Source: Chrysomallon squamiferum
Taxonomy: Eukaryota; Animalia; Mollusca
Length of the DNA: 64,000 bases
Reading direction: 5' to 3'
Assembly: GCA_012295275.1 (NCBI GenBank)
Contig: CM022671.1
Location: forward strand, 35,712,001-35,776,000
The position numbers and the translations under genes were made by a program. The notes beneath the pieces were generated by a model. The model did not search any database. It had not been told where the DNA came from and worked only from the letters and a program-made list of their open reading frames with translations. This document shows, piece by piece, positions 12,886 to 25,570 of this stretch (positions within the stretch are counted from its first letter, which is position 1; each line of letters starts with the position of its first letter).

Positions 12886-15674
12886 CAGACTGTTTTAAAC
12901 TATTTGAGAAAGCAGGTTAATGACATTCTCAGGTTTATTCACACTCTTCTTTCTCTGACTGTCCTGTCTGTGTATCTGCTTCACCCTTCAACATCACAAT
13001 TTCTTTTATCTTTTTTTTTTTGAAACATCATCCTCACAGTTAGTGGTTGTAGCCTAGAACTGACAAAATGTTTTTGGAAGAGAAAAAAAAAAAAAAAAAA
13101 AATAGGTTTAAAGTAAAATAATTGGCTAAAGATTATATACAAATGAAGGAAATAGGTTAGAAAAAAGAGTGTAAACTGGGCAACCTGATTCTGTTGTTTA
13201 TTTGTTTTTAATTTGATTTGTTTATCTAAATGTGGATGTAGGTAGCTATATAAGAATAAAATCTATAACAGCAGCAATAACTAAAATAATAATAATTATT
13301 ATTTGGTCAGGAAATATCTAGAATTAAATTTTATTTTATTTTATTATTTTATTACATTATTTTATTTTTTCATTTCATATCATATTATTTTATTTTTAAT
13401 TTTTTTAATTTCATTTCATATCATAATATTATTTTATTTTTTATCTTTTTTATTTTTATTTGTTATTTGTTATTTTTTTTTTTTTTGTTCTTTTTGTCAT
13501 TTTAAAACCTACTTCTACCCATTTTTCAAATCCACTAAATAGAAAAATAAATGACAGAAGTCGAGATTTTTTCTTAACCAAATCACTGAGGCACTGCGAG
13601 CATTTGAACTTGTGTTTCTTAGACACATTGGGAACATTTCATTAGCTACTTTAGTACCTCCTAAACAAAAACACATGATAGGTAATCATTATGTATGTAC
13701 ACACTTATTTACAACTTGTATTTCCTTGGTGAAGTTACAGCTCTGTTATTATTTGTATCATCATTATTGTGATGGACACTTCCAGTAGGTCTGCAGACAT
13801 TTCACAAAGTGTGTGTGGTACATACTTTGCTGTGTTTTGTTCTCTCAGTTTGTTTTGAAACTCTGTCTCTTAATTTCAGCAGTCAGTGTGTAAATTTGAT
13901 GTCTGTAAACAGAAGTGTTAGTTATGTCTGTGTTTAGATGACATCTTGGAATGTCTTCCTTTGCCTGGGATTGTTTTGCTACAATTCATTTAGAATAATT
14001 TATTGCAGACACATCTAATCTCAGTTTAGTTTTTCTTACTTGAATTACAAATCTTTGTTTCTTTTTGAGCAGAAGACTGAAACTGAATACAAGTTGGTCA
14101 GTAGTGGACACGTTTCACAAAAAAAAATAATTTGGTGAAAATTCCTAATGAATTTTTTTACACGTTTTTCAAAACTAACAGGATTATTATTATTATTTTT
14201 TCTTTCATCATTGTTCTTAATTCATGATTAATGTTTAATAACCTTTAATTTCCTAAATCAGTTGATTCTTCTTTTCTTTTCTTCATTTACTTCTTTCATT
14301 GTTTGTTTCTTTGTTTCCTTCTTCCTCGCCTTCTTCTTCTTATTATTATTAAAAAAAATATAAACAAACTACAGTAACCAAAGCAACAACAATGTAAAAA
14401 AAATAATAATAATAAAAACAAAACATTTGCTAATTTGAAAACGGTGTTCAGGTTATTTGGGACTTTCCATTAGACTCCAGTTACTGTACAAAAATAAACA
14501 GAAAATTATGAACGTTTTCTAAATTAGGTTGCGATGACCTCCAAGTAATAACTTTGACATACAGCTTGCACCTAAATCATTCCAGAAAAAAATATCTTTT
14601 AGGTTAAATTATAGGTTTGAAAAATGTATTGCTATTGATTATTTCAAGCTGTTTAACTCTGTTTGTATTCTGCATAATTTAATTTTTTTTTTATTTATTT
14701 AAAACATAATTTCCACTGCAAATCCTCTGTCGTTTGTTCTTGAATTATTTATGTATTTTTTCTTCATTTCAAATTATTTTTTCATTCAGTTTTTTAAAAT
14801 ATATTTTTCTATTTTCTATTTAGTTTATACATTTATGTTCTTTGCTTTACTTTGGCCTGTTTCACGATCAAGAAAAAAAAAAAAATAATAATAATGTTCT
14901 CCCTATTTATTTTAAATAGTGTTTTCTCCACACATAACATATTTTTTATCACAATAAATATTCAAAATAAAATAAAAACAAGCATCACAACAGTTCATTA
15001 TCAAGCAGTATCTTACTAGTTTTGTATTATCATTAACTATGAAGTGACAATTAAAAAATAAAACTAACATCATCCCAAATCAGCAAGTAGTAAATTTTTA
15101 TTCCTGTACATTCAGCAATGACGACAACAACAACAACAAAATAATTATAAATAGAGCAAATGACTTCACTAAGTTAAGTCAGTGCAGTAATGAAGATAAA
15201 TAATGCTTGTAACGGCTCTGATTTCACATTCTAACGTGACCTCACTTTTAATGGTAATACTTGAGAAGCGAAAGATTAACCAGTCTCCTGTGATCAGCGT
15301 CTCCACGGTGTGAAGTGTACAGAAATGTTTGGTGTTTTGATGTACAAGAGTCTTCCCGCTGAGAACAGTTAGCCCTTCTTGCTGATACTGCTGCACTTTT
15401 TGCTGGATAATCAGCTCATTTCGAAGATGCCAGCGAATTCTTTCCCCCGTGCTGACTCGAGACCTAATCTCCAGTTCTGTGCCTATCAAACATTCCTCGG
15501 CTGAAGAGATTACTTTGTCAGAAAAACTGGTAACAGGACTCTGTGGGTGTTTTCTCCTCTTTCCTTCCTTCATCTCTCTCTCTCTCTCTCTCTCTCTCAG
15601 ACAAACCAGCAAAATAGCATGTAATGGTCAAAATGTCTACCACATAATTATTAATATGTCTGAAGATTATATAT

Positions 15675-15754
15675 ATCTCTCTGTCTCTCACTGTCTGTCT
15701 CTCTCTCTCACTCTGTCTCTCTTTCTCTCTCTCTGTCTCTCACTCTCTCTCTCA

Positions 15755-15838
<84 letters not shown>
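15675..15838. repeat. (CT)n microsatellite
   Basis: Direct reading. Confidence 0.95.
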
Positions 15839-15840
<2 letters not shown>

Positions 15841-16249
15841 TTTCATTGTGTATAAAAGATCACTCTGTTTTCTATGGTGTATGAAACATGTTGTACAAAC
15901 AAAATGTCAGTGGTTAATATGAACTGTTTATCCAGTACCCAAGTGAAAATGTCAATCTATAATTATATAAAAAGGAATGTGTGTATGAAAGATCACATAC
16001 AGCTGAATGGCATGCAAAAGTGTTCATCTGCAGTTTGTTCTTAACCAATTTCACTTGTTTAGTAACCACTAATATACTTTTAAGTTATTTAAAAGATTCC
16101 TTGCTGTTGACTGATAAAAATATCTGTAGATGAAGACACTAGATTTCTTTTCTGTCATTTTCAGTCCCAAAAATTGTCTGAAATATTATTGCAGTGTGTT
16201 TAAAGCAAAAGTTTCCTTCTATAACTCGTAGAAATTGGAATTAACAAAT

Positions 16250-16810
16250 ATACATTCATTCAGTGAGTGACAGTTTCACTGAATGTAGCTTTAGACAAAG
16301 TATCAGTAAGTACTGTAAAGACATTTTCATTGACTGTAAAGTGTTATTTAACAAATTTTTATTCATTCTGATAACATAATAAAATAAAATTTCAGACATT
16401 TTAAAGTTGAGTAGTTTAAGAAATATTCAGTCTAATAAGGTGGGGTTTTTAAAACAGATTTTCATTCATTTTACAACATAATAAAATATTGTTTGGACAT
16501 TGTAAAGATGAGTAGTTTCAAGAAATATTTCTGAATAATTTTCAAATTTTCATTCATACAACAACAAAATAAATGTAGGTGGGGACAAACTAAAGATGAG
16601 TTCTTTAAGAAGTACTCAGTGTAAAGGTTTTTTGTTGGGTTTTTTTAACACTTTTCATTCACTCTGCAACATAATAAATGTCACTATGTACAGACTAAAG
16701 ATGAGTTCTTTAAGAACTACTTGAAGTAAAGGGTTTTCTTTTTTTTTCACAAATTTTCATTCATTCTACAACATAATAAATGTAGCTTTGACAAAGCAAC
16801 GACGAGGGTT
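16250..16810. repeat. Old, diverged tandem repeat, ~90-105 bp unit (TTTTCATTCATTCTACAACATAATAAA...TAAAGATGAGT...TAAGAA), ~5 copies
   Basis: The anchor TTTTCATTCA-like motif recurs near 16357, 16459, 16547, 16652 and 16754, each followed by a similar AAAGATGAGT-like segment. Confidence 0.75.
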
Positions 16811-19212
16811 TTCTGTATAACACTCTCTCAACAAAAAGCAGACATTATTAAGTTCTGACACAGATGTGAGTATGAAAGGAAATACAAAGGTGTAGAATTG
16901 TAAAGAGGAATTTTCATCCTGTGTGTGTGTGTACACTGTGAGTGAAGCTTATCCTCACTCGACATGCTGGAATCTCATCACGCACAGACTTTGTGTGGCA
17001 ACACGTGTGTGGAAGACTGGGGAAATGTGAGTTGTAAAAACGGGTAATTGACTTTCAGGATGTGTGCAGATTGGGAGAGAAACCTCTCGGACAAAGAGCA
17101 AACAACAGCACCATTGTTTTCTCCCGCGAGATTTCTACTCCCGATTGCCACGGAAACAGCTTGCGGCTTCGTTTAGTTTCCACCGGTAATTTCACCCTTT
17201 AATGACAGCCGCTTGTCAGAGTCTCAACACTCGAACATCTTGTTGAGAGTATCCCAGAAATCACAGCAGAGTGACTTACAGTTAACAATACTAATTGTAC
17301 TTTACACAAAAACCTCACAATACACGAACTGAAAAGACTGTCAATTGTACTTCAGAGATGATGAAGTACACCAATTAACTTGTGATGAGGTTTGCTCATC
17401 CTGTAAAACTGGTGTGATAAAGTTGTAATGAGTGTAATTATAGTGACAATAATGTTATTATACTGATTTAAGCTGGTAATAAATTATGAGCCTGTAATAT
17501 CTCTTTGTTAGTTAATAACCAGACATAATTGATAAATTTCAGTCTGTTACTTCTTTGTAACAGTGGTAAGTGTAACTTTACTCTTGTTACATGTAACAAG
17601 TGGTTACTGTTATACAATTCGGAGGAAATTAGAAAATGAGTTACATCTGTTACACTGTATCAAAAGTACATGTGTTACAACAAGTTACTTGTATTTTAAA
17701 CACCAGTAAACAATTTATTTACATCTGTTATGTGTAACCACTGAAAGGTAATTAAGTTTATTAGAAGGGAAGGGGGTATCCAGTGATAAACAGTAAATAG
17801 TTACCAGAAGGGTAACCAATGGTGAAAAGTGAATTTTATTTACCATTTGTAACCAAACGATAAATAACTGATTTTATCCAAATGTAACCAATGATTTGCT
17901 AGATGTAACCATTGATAAACAGTAAAGTATAATCAGGAAAGTAAGCACCAAGTTGAGCCATGGTTACAGTAAGAACTGGTGACATGTCATTTATTAACAT
18001 CTTTCTTTGAAAACCTCTCTCTCTGGCTTACCTATGAAACTGCTATATATTTATATTTTTAACAGAAAACTTTTGTTGTTGCTATGGGTACATAGTACAT
18101 AGAGGAAGAAGCTTCACAAAGTTGCTCTTGCTAATGCTTACTGATTTCTAAGTTTTATTTATATACACTAATTTGTACTAACAATTTTTATTATAAAAAA
18201 AACAACTAAATCTTATTTACTTGGAGTTATACTAACAATTTTAGTTACTATTTTATTAATGTTTTTACAGTTGTTTTTTTTATTATTATCTTACATAACT
18301 AGAGAATGAAGTTAAAATGTTTAATAGTAATAGATTTATTACAGAAAATTATTATTAATTATTTATTTTATTTTTGTTATTATTATTGTTGCTGCTGTTG
18401 TTATTACTATTGCTATCATTCTTATTGATAATGTTAATATTATTACTGTTATTATTGTTATTATTGCTATTATTACTTTGTTTTTATTACTATCATTATT
18501 GTTGTTATTGCTGATATTGTTAATATTGTTGCTGTTGCTGCTGCTGTTGTTGTTGTTAACAATGAAATGTTTTACTGCTGCCAAGCTGTTTTTAGGACAG
18601 AAAGGTAGAAATCCAAACACACTTGTAACCTGAACAATGTATGTCATGTCAGGTTATTGTGATGTATCAACAATGGTTAATTGACTTTTTTCTGGCTGTC
18701 CGCAAACTGTTCCAGGAAAACTGGATCTGTTGCCAAGTAACCAATACTTTGACATATTTTGTTTGTATTACAGAGCCAGGTGTTTTTATTCTTCGTTAAC
18801 TCCACACACCTCAGTGTACTTATAATTTTCGCTGACTTGCTTATATACGTAAAAAACCTAGAAACACAATTTTCTAAAAAAAAAAAAAAAATTGGTAAAA
18901 GTCCACCCAACTCTAAAAAAGTAGATTGTTCTTAAGTAATGTTTAAGAATAAATATATATATATATATATATATTTTATATATATTTTTTTTCATATATA
19001 TATATATATATAGTTTTAATATGTTTCTTATTTATTTATTTATTTATTTATTTATGATTTTTTTTTTAAAATTTTAGTGTTATTGTATTTTATTTATTTT
19101 GTTATTATTATAATTTTTGGTTATTAATATTGTTTTTTTTTTACAAAAGAACAAAACCAATAACAGATGGTAATAATAATAATAAAAAAATGTTAAATTA
19201 ATTCAGAAAATA

Positions 19213-19243
<31 letters not shown>

Positions 19244-20073
19244 ATATAACAAAAACTTAATATTCCAGTCCAACAATCAAAAAAAAAAAAAATGTATAAG
19301 TTATAGTAAGAAACAATAAAACAATTGAAAAACAAAATTTGAACTTGAAAAACAACAGTAAAAGCAATTTAAGAAAAATAAAATAAAATAATAAAAATAA
19401 TAATAAAATAAAAAAATAAAGATATAAAAAAAGACCACACAAATATTACTTTGAGAATAAAAACGATTTTTTTTTTTTTTTTTTTAACCTTATGAATTAC
19501 ACTATGACCTTCATCAGTGAGAATGTCCTTGAAGAAGTGAGGCAAGAAAAAAACAAATATGGCAGCCAGATTAATGGAAATCCAAACTGTCTTTGTTCTG
19601 CTAAAACCCAGATCAAGTTCTGAAATAGTTTTTATTATGTGGAACATATTTGTTTCTTTGCCTTACCAGTCAATAAATAATTGTGTTTTGAAGTGATACA
19701 GCAATGTTTATATCAATTCTGAACAAATCAACAAAATGGCTTCATCAAATTACAGATTATGTTTACTTGAAAACTGTTTTCTGTAGTTCTAGTTATTTTG
19801 AAACTTAATTGAAACAGCAACAACAACAACAGCAGCAGTAATAATAATAATATTATTATTATTGTTAATATATTTTTATTATTATTATTGTTATTATCAT
19901 TCTATATTATTTTGTTTGTTTTTTTATTTAATTTATTTTATTTTATGAGGGAAAGTTTTAATTCCTGATTTATTGCAAATCTATTGCAAAATTATATAGG
20001 TTAACACAGAGCATATTTATTTAATTATTTTATTTTTTCTGATTATTATTAGTGATATTATTATTATTTATTA

Positions 20074-20136
<63 letters not shown>

Positions 20137-20995
20137 GTTGTTGTTGTTGTGACTTTCCAAACATGCCTAGAACTGTTTATTATCAGACAACACAATTTTA
20201 TTGTTATTGTTTTTGTTTTTATTGTTGTTGTTTTTGTTTTACTAAAATGTCTGTAAATTAGAGCAGAAGACTTGAGCAAGAGAAAGTTACTCAGAAGTCA
20301 CATCTAAGTAGAACATACTTCATAAGTACACAGAGTCACTAGACAAGTACTTTTAGCCATGGGCACATTGTCATCATGTTAATCATTATCTGTCTGTGTG
20401 TCCACACCTCTCTCACCTTGAAAATTACCTGTAACTCAGCGTAGATATTTTTACTACATTCTCACGTATGATGTAATGTCAAACATATGTTAGGTAGATG
20501 GGGGGAGTGTTTTTTTTTTTAAAATATAAAAAATTATTTATGTATTTTATTAATTTTATTTAATGGGTAATTTATGGGTTTTTGTTAAGGTTTATATGTT
20601 TGTAGTAATAATTAATTTGGCAGTATGTATTATTATTAAATAAATGAAAAATATTGCAGACAGTTATTATGATCGTATTGTATGTCTGTTCCTGTTTAGA
20701 GAAAAAGTTATGTTCACACACACACACACACACACACTATTATTAAAACTTATATAATAAAATCTATTGTTTCTTTATTCATTTTTGTTTATTATAATGA
20801 TGTTTACTGTTTACATTTTTACATTATTTTGTTTCTTTTGTATTTTGTATTTTTTTTTCTTTTTTTTTTTCTTTGTTGTATGTTGTTTTTTTTTTTTGTT
20901 GTTTTGTGTCGTTATTATTATTATTTATTATTATCCGAAGACTTCTGTAAAGAATATGTCGTAATAAAGTTTTATTTTTTTTAAAATGTTTTCAG

Positions 20996-21107
20996 CAAAT
21001 TCGCAGCACATGGTACCTCCCCCACCTCCACCTCGTCCCCCATCTCCGATGTTTGTGTCCGTCCCACCAAAAACACAAAGACTTCTACATTCAGAAGCTT
21101 ATCTCAG
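20996..21107 (+). CDS. PBRM1: Coding exon of polybromo-1 C-terminal region ((A)NSQHMVPPPPPPRPPSPMFVSVPPKTQRLLHSEAYL(R))
   Basis: Acceptor aatgttttcag|CA at 20995/20996, donor CTCAG|gtaact at 21107/21108; 112 nt, phase 1-2. PMFVxxPPKTQRLLHSEAYL is the conserved PBRM1/polybromo C-terminal motif. Too short to appear in the ORF track. Confidence 0.95.
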
Positions 21108-21572
21108 GTAACTAACACACCTGTACACAAAAGTATTTCTTAATTTTTGTTTTATCTATATAAACTATTTGTTAATTTTATTTTTATCTCTTTAAAATAT
21201 TTGTTAATTTTATTTTTCTTTATATATAACATAAGATAATTATTAATTTTATTTTTTAACTTTTTTTAGTAGAAAATGTAAACTTGTAGGTCATTTTTAA
21301 AAAAAAATATTAAATTTAAAACTGATTTTATTACTCAGTGAGAAAGTGACATTTGAAATATATTTTAATTTTATTTAAAAAAAAAAAAATTAACATTATC
21401 TTTTCAGTGTTTATTAAAATAAATTTTTAAATCGGCTTGGTTCAGTTGAATCTTAGTGAAAAAAAAAAAGTGTTTTAAAATATTCCATACAAAGGCATAT
21501 ATTCTGTAATTTTATGCACTGAATTAAGTTTTGTTCTGTCCATATATGCAGTAAAATTATTATAGCAATGTC

Positions 21573-21701
<129 letters not shown>

Positions 21702-22024
21702 AGTGAGTGAGTGTGCCTTAGGGTTACATTTGCATGAGTAAATGAATAAAAATTCTTCTTTCTGGTTGATATTTTACAATTTTTTGAAAGGTTAAAAAAT
21801 AAAAAAATAAATAAAAAAGACTTAATTGAACAGATATGTTTTTTTTTTTTTTGGTTTTTTTACTATTTTGGAATGTCAGGTTATATTTGTATGTCATGTA
21901 GAATAGATTTATTGTTTTCAATTTCTTGTTAATGCTACAAGTTTGCCACCCTAATATCCATTCAAATTTATTTCTGGTTTTCTTTCAAGTTTTGATAAAA
22001 TGTTATGTTGTTTTTCTAAACTAG

Positions 22025-22254
22025 GTACATAGAAGGATTGAATGCAGAAAGTAAAACTATCGGAGACTGGAACAAAAGTCTGGCTGCCACTCAGGAAAGC
22101 ACACCCCCCATACCAGAAACCAGACTTCCCACCCATTGGCTTGGTCAGGGGTCTGGTTACCATGGCAGCGTGACCAATGCATTGTGGGCTCTGAGAGATC
22201 ACATGTTGAAGGATGCACTGAGCATTCAGAAAATAATTCCATTTGACGACCTCT
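22025..22254 (+). CDS. PBRM1: Last major coding exon of polybromo-1 (YIEGLNAESKTIGDWNKSLAATQESTPPIPETRLPTHWLGQGSGYHGSVTNALWALRDHMLKDALSIQKIIPFDDL); reads on to TAG at 22260-22262 if unspliced
   Basis: Acceptor ttttctaaactag|G at 22024/22025 completes AG+G (Arg) in phase 2. Overlaps ORF 22038..22262. YIEGL, RLPxHWL and ALWxLRDxMLxDxL match the PBRM1 C-terminus as I recall it. Consensus donor gtaagt at 22255-22260. Confidence 0.95.
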
Positions 22255-22448
22255 GTAAGTAGAAAAACAAATGCGATAAATTAAAATTAATTAAGTTTTT
22301 CTTGTAGATTTGAAAGGAATTAAAACTTGTAGCCTAAATAAAAAGATACTGTTTCATATTCAGATGCAATAAAAATGAAAAATAAAATTAAAAAAAATAA
22401 AAATGTATATTACATCAAGAACAAAAACCAAAAAAAAAAAAATATATA

Positions 22449-22485
<37 letters not shown>

Positions 22486-22983
22486 AAAGAAATAAACTTT
22501 GAAAATCATAAAATGTCACCTGGTTTTATTATCCTGTCAAGTTATATGAGATGACTAATTTCAGAAATTTTATTATTAACAAAGGATAAACTTTGTCGAG
22601 TTTGAATAGATTTATTGATGTGAATAGGCTTCCTAGTGTATACAGTCAGCTGAATAGCAATGTAAATATCTTTTAAAATCAAGATTTATAAACATTTCTG
22701 TCAAAGTCAGTTCAGTATGATAAATTGTAGAAATGTTTAATCACTCAGTTTGATTGCTGTTTAGATTATTACTAGTAGTAGTATTAATATCATTTATCAC
22801 TTCCATCTTGATCTTAACAAATACCGTTATCATTATACATACTCTGTTTGTTTAATGGTTTATACATTTGTTTGTTTATTTATTTATTTATTGAATGATT
22901 TATTGCATGTGTTTGTTTATTTATTTATTTAATGGTTTATTTAATTGTTTGTCTGTTAATCTATTTAACTGTTTGTTTTGCAG

Positions 22984-25545
22984 GAGATGTAAAAGTGGAG
23001 ATCTGTTGTTAGTGATTTTAGAAACATTTTAAACATTTTACTACTGCCACAGACTCTATTGTCTCTGTTTTTGTCTTCTACACTTTTAATGTTTTGTTTC
23101 ACAGTCTGTTGTTGTTTACTCAGCTAGTCTTAATGTCTTTAACATTGTTTTCAATTTTAAATTTATTTAAATATTATTTTCAGTATAATTTTAATTTTAA
23201 AATTATTCAAATTTATGTTATTTGTTTTCTTATTTTTTTTAAAAAAAATTAATAAGCAAAATAAGAGATTGGAGTAATTTCAAAGTTTTGTATTTAATAC
23301 AGAAACCTAAGACATTTTGGATTGTAAATTCATCATATTAATAACTGTTAATAGTTAAACTTTTATATTTATTTATTTATTTATTTATTTTTTTATTTTA
23401 TTTTATTTTATTTTATTTTATTTTATTTATTTTTTTAATTCTTTCTGCTTTTTTTTTTTCGATTTTTTTTTTTCAACTACAACACTGGGAGGTTTTTTTT
23501 TGGGGTGTGGGGTTAGCTTTAGAATTAAAATAGTTTTGATTCCAGTGTATTCTCACAATTAGTCTTTTACAAACTGAGTGTGACACCAGCAGTGCAGCCT
23601 TCTTGTACTTGCATTCCACCAAGAATTGAAAACATCAAGATCCAGTATCAGAATCAAATCAAGTCTTAATACAACAACTTTTCTTCATGGTGTTTAATTA
23701 TAAATAAACTTATTTAAAAAAAAAATTAAACAGAATGAACAGGCTTTCCTTTTCACTGTTTATTTTTAAAATGATACAACATGTATATCGGAAGACCACC
23801 AAGTTTGAGAAAAGCAATTAAAATATAAACTGTAGGTAAATTAATTTACAACAGATTACTTATATGAGTCTGTACATAAATACAAAGCCTGAGTTTAATT
23901 GAGTAACTGAAAATTTGTTTTGTACCTAGTGACTGTCTGTGTGATTTATTTAACAGTTTACAACAAGCTGTAATTAACCCATTGTTAAATAACATGTCGC
24001 TCATACTTTACAACTACAAAGACTTCATTTGATTTTAAAATTTATAAATTTAATTTATTAACAATTGATTGTTGACTAAATAAGGAGAGAGAGCAAAATC
24101 AGAAGACAAAAAACTTTATCCTGGTTTTTTTTTTTTTTGGGGGGGGGTTTTGGGCGACTTTTTTACGTGTTTTTTTAAAATTCAGATCATCCTCACTGTT
24201 AAACAACCACATTAATGTAGTCTGAGTGGAAACAGTCTGGTGTAATTAGATGAATCATGTTAAACACACAGAAATCTTAATAACTGAGTTGTCTGAGAAA
24301 CTGTACGTTCTGTTTGTTTTATATGTCACGTTAGTCTTGGTACATGTCGAAAATGTTTTATTTTGTTACTTTACCATTTTAAATATGAATTTGTACTGTA
24401 ACATACTTTAATTTTTTTACAATTTTATCAGTCAATATTCATGCATAATACATGCATAAAAATCATTTATGTTATCACAGAACCAAATATATTTTATATA
24501 TTTTGGTGTTATTTTAAATAATGTATCTGGTTATGTAATACATTTCATTTTTCATATTCATGATATAAAGTGACAGTATTCATATATTTCTACACTACTT
24601 TATTTTATTTTTTTTCATTGTGTTTAAAAATCCGTACACATAAAATTGTATATTGTCAGATATTTCATACTGACAGTAATAATCTTTATTTATTCTTTGT
24701 TTAGAGTATATCATATGTGTGTAAATTTAATAATGAAATGATTTAAAGTCATTTATTCATTCAGTCATACATTTAAAATAACTTTTACAAGTGAACATAT
24801 GACTTGAATACTAGTATGTATAGATTATTTCCAGATGGTAATTATAGAGGTATAATCTTTGCTGATAATAAAGTGGGATAGTAATGTAACGTGTAGGAAA
24901 TACATGACAGAAAGCATTTCCTTTCTTTCTAAAAACAGCCTTGTTAATGATATATTCTTTCATTTCTGACATCATCAGTACATGTTTGGCAAAGTTTGTG
25001 TGTTAATTAGTTTACAAGATTTGTTTATGTTTCAGTGCAGGAAATGATTTCATAAGCACAAGAAAAACTATATAAATAAATAAATAAATAAATAAACAAA
25101 TAAACAAACAAATAAATAAATAAATAAACAAACAAATAAATAAAAAGAAGAATTAAAAAAAGAAATCTTAAGATGGCAATTTTCCAGAATCCTTACAAAC
25201 TTGTAATTTATTAATCACACTTTTTTGTTAGAAAAGGTTGGACTGAACAATTATGATTACACAGGAAAGAAATTAAATTTTATGTCTGGTCAAGACACAT
25301 AGTAGAGTAAAGTAAAAGTGTTTCCATTGTGCGTTTGTGTTGTAAAAGACTGATGGCTAATGGATGTGTGTGTGTGTGTGTGTGTGTGTGGGTGAAATGT
25401 GTCATATATCATATGTCTGTATTTTATCTGTGTTTTTGTAACAAACAGTGGATCAGTGTGTGACTAAAGGTGCAGCAATCACTCTACATTTCTATAATGT
25501 AACAACATGTTTTTGTTAAATAAATTATTGCTTTTAACAGCATGC
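22984..25545 (+). other. PBRM1: Putative terminal exon of PBRM1 (first 2 nt complete the TGA stop; the rest is 3' UTR)
   Basis: Strong acceptor ttaactgtttgttttgcag|GA at 22983/22984. The 3' end is inferred from AATAAA at 25519 and the CpG transition; earlier AATAAA hexamers exist, so the end is uncertain. Confidence 0.5.
24869..25067 (+). repeat. Dispersed ~200-bp repeat, copy 1, followed by a (TAAA/CAAA)n tail; SINE/retroposon-like
   Basis: Colinear and highly similar to 57829-58021; shares e.g. TTAATTAGTTTACAAGATTTGTTTAT-TTTCAGTGCAGGAAATGATTTCATAAGCACAAGAAAAA. Confidence 0.85.
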
Positions 25546-25570
25546 ATTGTGTTGCTGTCTTTTCTTACTG
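25519..25570 (+). terminator. Candidate polyadenylation signal of PBRM1
   Basis: AATAAA at 25519-25524 followed ~20-45 nt later by a GT/T-rich tract (tgcattgtgttgctgtcttttctt), just before CpG density rises. Confidence 0.4.

Noticed and set aside
15169-15612. 147-aa minus-strand ORF as a nested gene
   Set aside because: Starts in a (GA)n microsatellite, has no recognisable domain and no supported exon structure.
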